Assembly (NCBI GenBank): GCA_048885865.1
Contig: JBHLLF010000053.1
Coordinates: 1 to 15,520 of the forward strand
Direction: 5' to 3'
Source: Candidatus Hermodarchaeota archaeon
Lineage (GTDB): Archaea; Asgardarchaeota; Thorarchaeia; Thorarchaeales; Thorarchaeaceae
Length of the DNA stretch: 15,520 bases
Position 1 is the stretch's first letter. Every line of letters starts with the position of its first letter. The translations under genes were made by a program, and so were the position numbers. The notes under the pieces were generated by a model. That model was not told the DNA's origin. It saw nothing but the letters and a program-made list of their open reading frames with translations, and made no database searches. This document shows positions 14,229 through 15,520 of the stretch, in pieces.

Positions 14229-14253
14229 CAGAAATGAGAAGCTACTCCTGAGA

Positions 14254-14925
14254 TTAATAGATGTAGGGGAAGAGTCGTTTAGTTCGTCTCATATATTCCT
14301 CATACTCTTCTCCGAACTCAGATAACAATGATTGTTCCTCAATCTCCATTCTCTTTCTGAATATTATGAAATAGACCAATACGAACACGATTGTACCCAA
14401 GTAACCTCGAAATGACAAGCCAAGGCCAATGCGTCCTAGCATTCCTCCTGAGTATAATGGATGGCGGATGTGACTGTAGATTCCCTCGGTCAGGAGGTGG
14501 TGGTCTTCCTTCAATGCAGGAGTCCCGTCCCCATACCTTCCGAGCTGTATCCTGCTCCTCAGAACAAGTATCCCTCCCACAATATAGACAGTGATACCAA
14601 TGTATGAGATAACGGGAGCGTCGAGAGCGATCAAAAATGTCGAGGTCAGAACGAGATGCTCATAGAAGAGAATGCCCAGAAAGAATGGATGTACCAATAA
14701 TAGAAGGCCTACCAACTTAGTTGTGGTGTCAGCATCTTCTAATGGTGTTGAGGGTCGTATCATTATATCTGCAAAAACGACAATCTGGTCTAGAGCGATG
14801 GCAATCAATGTAATCATGTTTAGGTAGATACCACTCGCAAAAAGCAGGAGGCAGATGTTATAGTATGTCAGGTATATCAGAGCCTTCGCAACTTTTCTTA
14901 TCAAAACACCAACCCTCACATTCAT
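14254..14925 (-). CDS. Isoprenylcysteine carboxyl methyltransferase (ICMT/Ste14/PEMT) family membrane protein
   Basis: Several TM helices; H-x-L-x-TEGIYSHIRHPLYSG and R-x3-EE-x2-L-x3-FGEEYEEY-x3-TKRLFP motifs. Confidence 0.88.
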   Translation of the reverse strand: MNVRVGVLIRKVAKALIYLTYYNICLLLFASGIYLNMITLIAIALDQIVVFADIMIRPSTPLEDADTTTKLVGLLLLVHPFFLGILFYEHLVLTSTFLIALDAPVISYIGITVYIVGGILVLRSRIQLGRYGDGTPALKEDHHLLTEGIYSHIRHPLYSGGMLGRIGLGLSFRGYLGTIVFVLVYFIIFRKRMEIEEQSLLSEFGEEYEEYMRRTKRLFPYIY

Positions 14926-15049
14926 CGACCTCTAGCTGGAATAAATGTCTGTTTGCAGGATTCCACTCCGTTATACTGGGAAACCTTCGTGTTTGCTAGT
15001 CATGGTGTGTAGTGGACTCTAAAACACCGATGAACTTATTACAAAGTTG

Positions 15050-15090
15050 TTAACATGCTATTGTTAAATCATTTAACTATGACTGGTTAA
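15050..15090. promoter_or_regulatory. Tandem palindromic operator, 2 x TTAAC-N8-GTTAA
   Basis: TTAAC-atgctatt-GTTAA (15050-15067) and TTAAC-tatgactg-GTTAA (15073-15090), 23-bp period, ending 16 nt before ATG 15107. Confidence 0.7.
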
Positions 15091-15106
15091 ATGAAGAGGG
15101 AGATTG

Positions 15107-15520
15107 ATGTTCAACACACTACGGTACCCAACCAAACGACAGGGAATTATCTGGCTCAGACGACGTCGGAAGGACCGACCGACCGATATCGCTAAGGACC
15201 TGAAAGTATCACGACCCTTTGTCACCATGGAACAGAAGAGAGCCGAGGCTCGAATCAAGAAGCTCATTGAACACACTGCATCAGTCAACCGAGTGAAGAT
15301 AAGACGGATGAGCACTCAATATGGCATTGCGGAGGGGTACTGTCATGCAAATGACTCTCGGACATACATCACCTACTCTCCCAAAATTGGTGTGCTAAGC
15401 TGGTATGACCACATAGGGGACTGTGGTACCTGTGACATAGAGGACCAATGCAAGGCGGCGCTCCACACATTGGCGGAGGAGTGGGAGATCCATCCGCCTC
15501 CGGATATGACTCCAACAGAG
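15107..15520 (+). CDS. Putative HTH transcriptional regulator with Cys/His metal-binding cluster (3'-truncated)
   Basis: Open for 138 codons to the window edge: MFNTLRYPTKRQGIIW...RPTDIAKDLKVSRPFVT (HTH)...YCH...HIGDCGTCDIEDQC. Purine-rich GAGGGAG lies upstream. Missing from the ORF track because no stop falls in the window. Confidence 0.75.
   Translation, partial: MFNTLRYPTKRQGIIWLRRRRKDRPTDIAKDLKVSRPFVTMEQKRAEARIKKLIEHTASVNRVKIRRMSTQYGIAEGYCHANDSRTYITYSPKIGVLSWYDHIGDCGTCDIEDQCKAALHTLAEEWEIHPPPDMTPTE

Noticed and set aside
172-14594. Numerous 60-120 aa ORFs antisense to or out of frame within the called genes (e.g. 4136-4456, 5039-5395, 8105-8464, 11004-11345)
   Set aside because: They lie largely or wholly within well-supported genes and have no recognisable motifs.
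15073-15315. 80-aa minus-strand ORF
   Set aside because: It is the antisense shadow of the + strand HTH gene at 15107 and ends within the operator.
1-15520. CRISPR array, IS/transposase, integrase, rRNA or defence genes
   Set aside because: No regularly spaced repeats or recognisable motifs. The helicase has no adjacent nuclease, methylase or Cas genes to suggest a defence island.

Overview
Archaeal chromosomal window. The surface-protein style suggests an Asgard archaeon such as Thorarchaeia, but that is an inference. The left two-thirds is a conserved information-processing neighbourhood: the 3' end of rpo4/rpoF, DUF655, rsmA/ksgA, a HemK-like methyltransferase, a long-type FKBP PPIase, proteasome beta, aCPSF1/FttA, sepF, a PUA protein, lsm and rpl37e. 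An unusual 896-aa protein sits on the opposite strand between sepF and the PUA gene; it fuses a winged HTH to a Ski2/Hel308-like helicase with degenerate motifs. The right third is accessory: two tandem beta-helix/Ig-like surface proteins, an ICMT-family membrane methyltransferase, and a truncated HTH + Cys-cluster regulator preceded by a tandem palindromic operator. Several intergenic spacers are highly structured: three hairpins before aCPSF1, a leader hairpin before lsm-rpl37e, and a ~94-nt stem that hides the SD of the first surface protein. No tRNA, rRNA, CRISPR array or transposase was seen.
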